Below the pieces are notes generated by a model. That model did no database searches. It saw only the letters and a list, made by a program, of their open reading frames with translations, and was not told the DNA's origin. The position numbers were made by a program, and so were the translations under genes. From Minisyncoccota bacterium (lineage in GTDB: Bacteria; Patescibacteriota; Minisyncoccia; Phycocordibacterales; PALSA-1337), in NCBI GenBank assembly GCA_041671485.1, contig JBAZBL010000005.1, positions 19,296 to 83,295 on the forward strand: a stretch of DNA of 64,000 nt, given 5' to 3'. The first letter of the stretch is position 1; the number at the start of each line of letters is the position of its first letter. Positions 61,814 through 64,000 of the stretch are shown in pieces.

Positions 61814-63745
61814 TCAACGATTTATTGTTTCCATGCCATCTTTATAACTTGGATCTGTGCTAAATCTGGTAGTGAGATAGCTTTGATTTCTAGTCAAACT
61901 CTGCATAGTGAAATCATCAGTTCCTGTCATGGTCGCATCATTCACTATGACAGGTATATTGTTGACCTGACTTACACTAGGCTCCACGGCGATTTGGAAA
62001 TATAATTCTTTGCGTATACCACTATACGTAGTATTTGTACCAACTGTTCCTACATTCCATGTAATAGAATTTGTTGACTGTGAGAATGTTACATCTTCAG
62101 TAGATGGACTGACTTTACCCAGCCATTCTACATATGGAGGAAGTATTGCGGTAACTTTTGTATCTTTCAAAAGGTTAACAGTATTGTCAATTGCCCAGAT
62201 TATTGTATAAGTTGTCTTTTGATCGGCCTTGGGTGGTATAGGACCAGAATTAACAAATGGACCTATAGAGCGCACCACCCTTCCAGATAAAGTTGGATTT
62301 GTTGTTACTCGTAAAATACGATTGATCACAGAATCGAGTGTTTCTGGTACACCAGTTTCTTGTGTACGTCTACCTGAAACAGTAACTACAAATGATAAAG
62401 TCGGATTTACGATTGGCCTATTTGACACACTCAAATTTCTCGGTGTAATAGAAAATGATACAGCATTACTCTCGCCCGCCCCAACAGAAGCCAATTGTGG
62501 TATTGTTTGTTGATTCCAGATAATTTCATCTATTACCGAACGATAATAACCAATACCAGGTTGAACAAGTGTCCTATCATAAGCCGATCCTGCAAGCTTG
62601 ACTCTAACTTCTGCACCAGAGACTGTGGTTGGCAAATTATTGAATAGTGATATCTCTACTCGAGCTGGTTGATTGAATTCTCCTATTGCTGGTATTGTAC
62701 CCTGTTCCCCATTTACTCCTACTGTCACAGACATAAATGGTTTCTGTATAGACACCTCTTGTGTAAGAGACATATATTCTGTTCCAATCACATTTGGATT
62801 CTTATTGCTCTGTGCACCAACACCAAAATGAAAGACTCGAATATCTGTATCTTCACCTTGAAGTTTGCCCTTGATATTTATTGTTTTTTGTCCACCAGAT
62901 GGTATATCACCCAATTTCCATGTCGAATTACTTGGCAAAGGATTTAGATCCGAGGAGATAAATGTAAAACCAAATGGATATGTCGCACTAACAATTACGT
63001 TTTTGAGTGTTTCTGTTGTATTGGATCTCACATTTAGTGTGATATCAAACGGTTGTCCAGAAGTTATTTCCTTGAATGAAGAAACATTAAGATTTACTGG
63101 TGAAGAATTGATGAGTACATCATATGTTTGTTTTTTTGTAAATGAAGAAGATGACCCTTTGACTTGATAAGTGATATTTACAGCTATTTGTCTCTGCATA
63201 TTTTCTTCACCAAATATGATTGCTTGGATAGTCTTCCTAACATTATTACCAGCAGGGATCTCTCCCAGCAATTCTTGATATGTTGTAAGTTCTTTACCTG
63301 GATTATTTGGATCGGTTGCACCAGCGGGGAAATCTACAGTCATATCAACCAACTGTAGGTCAATATTATTTTTATTGACAACTGTGATATCGAAAGACAC
63401 AGGTGTCCCACCGGGAATAGATACTGGACCGTTTATGAGGATCTGTATATTATCACCAGAAATGAGATTGGCGCCTTTCAAAAAGAGATACGTGCCTATA
63501 CCAACTGCAACAATACAAAAGATGATAGATCCTATTAAAATTTTTTTTATAAAAGACATTGAATGATCTTCATAATTCTGATTCAATTTGGGATCTACTG
63601 TTTTTTCTTCTTTGTGATCCCAATCTGTTTTCAAATCTGTTACCATATCGCCAAATCTAAGCTTCCTCCTAGTGCGCACATCTGGCGCATTCCTAGAATA
63701 CAGTGATTTACTCAATTCGTCTATTTTGCTTTGGTCTTTCTGCAT
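61814..63745 (-). CDS. large membrane-anchored hypothetical protein with Ig-like domains
   Basis: Single TM; beta-rich repeats; GPIPPK...TTYTI.W. Confidence 0.8.
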   Translation of the reverse strand: MQKDQSKIDELSKSLYSRNAPDVRTRRKLRFGDMVTDLKTDWDHKEEKTVDPKLNQNYEDHSMSFIKKILIGSIIFCIVAVGIGTYLFLKGANLISGDNIQILINGPVSIPGGTPVSFDITVVNKNNIDLQLVDMTVDFPAGATDPNNPGKELTTYQELLGEIPAGNNVRKTIQAIIFGEENMQRQIAVNITYQVKGSSSSFTKKQTYDVLINSSPVNLNVSSFKEITSGQPFDITLNVRSNTTETLKNVIVSATYPFGFTFISSDLNPLPSNSTWKLGDIPSGGQKTINIKGKLQGEDTDIRVFHFGVGAQSNKNPNVIGTEYMSLTQEVSIQKPFMSVTVGVNGEQGTIPAIGEFNQPARVEISLFNNLPTTVSGAEVRVKLAGSAYDRTLVQPGIGYYRSVIDEIIWNQQTIPQLASVGAGESNAVSFSITPRNLSVSNRPIVNPTLSFVVTVSGRRTQETGVPETLDSVINRILRVTTNPTLSGRVVRSIGPFVNSGPIPPKADQKTTYTIIWAIDNTVNLLKDTKVTAILPPYVEWLGKVSPSTEDVTFSQSTNSITWNVGTVGTNTTYSGIRKELYFQIAVEPSVSQVNNIPVIVNDATMTGTDDFTMQSLTRNQSYLTTRFSTDPSYKDGMETINR

Positions 63746-63791
63746 ATATACAATGATATTGTACTACGGATTCACTATCAATAGAAATCCA

Positions 63792-64000
63792 TTATAGATG
63801 AGATTCCGACAATGCTTTATTTATTTCCCTATTCAAGACAATTCTCTTGTCTTGAAGCAGATTCAATAATTCATCATTTATTTCTATTGACTTCAGATAT
63901 TCATTCAATCCCTTTTGGTCACCTATATAGCCCAATAAATAGAGTATTCTTGCAACAATCAATGATTCCAGAACATCAATCTTTTTCTCTGAAATTTTAT
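63792..64000 (-). CDS. C-terminal fragment of a CDS, possibly short RecO-like
   Basis: Manual translation ...RILYLLGYI...INKALSESHL*; N-terminus outside the window; RecO call is from recollection only. Confidence 0.5.
   Translation of the reverse strand, partial: KISEKKIDVLESLIVARILYLLGYIGDQKGLNEYLKSIEINDELLNLLQDKRIVLNREINKALSESHL

Overview
Low-GC bacterial chromosome segment whose gene content and rRNA sequence point to Patescibacteria/CPR (Parcubacteria-like; inference). TGA is used as stop, so code 11. The left ~6.7 kb is a variable island downstream of tmRNA: AbiEii/AbiEi toxin-antitoxin, a Fic protein, an IS30 element, a GIY-YIG nuclease, and a tandem set of one-gene cassette-like units bounded by repeated att-like sites. 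The rest is mostly core genome: smpB-ssrA, cls, infC-rpmI-rplT, ndk, tRNA-Ile, tRNA-Leu, secDF, rodA, rplJL, ftsK, recA, efp, rpsF-ssb-rpsR, metG and glyQS, plus surface-protein and glycosylation genes. The rRNA genes are unlinked: 23S-5S lies ~9.4 kb upstream of 16S, each with its own promoter and processing stem. They are heavily interrupted: one group I intron in 16S (S516, LAGLIDADG), three in 23S (L1917 LAGLIDADG; L2593 without ORF; L2656 in the sarcin-ricin loop carrying a small membrane-peptide ORF), and several hairpin intervening sequences. The 16S 3' end lacks an anti-Shine-Dalgarno sequence and many genes look leaderless. All calls are from reading the sequence by eye; no searches were run, and RNA ends and E. 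coli numbering are approximate.
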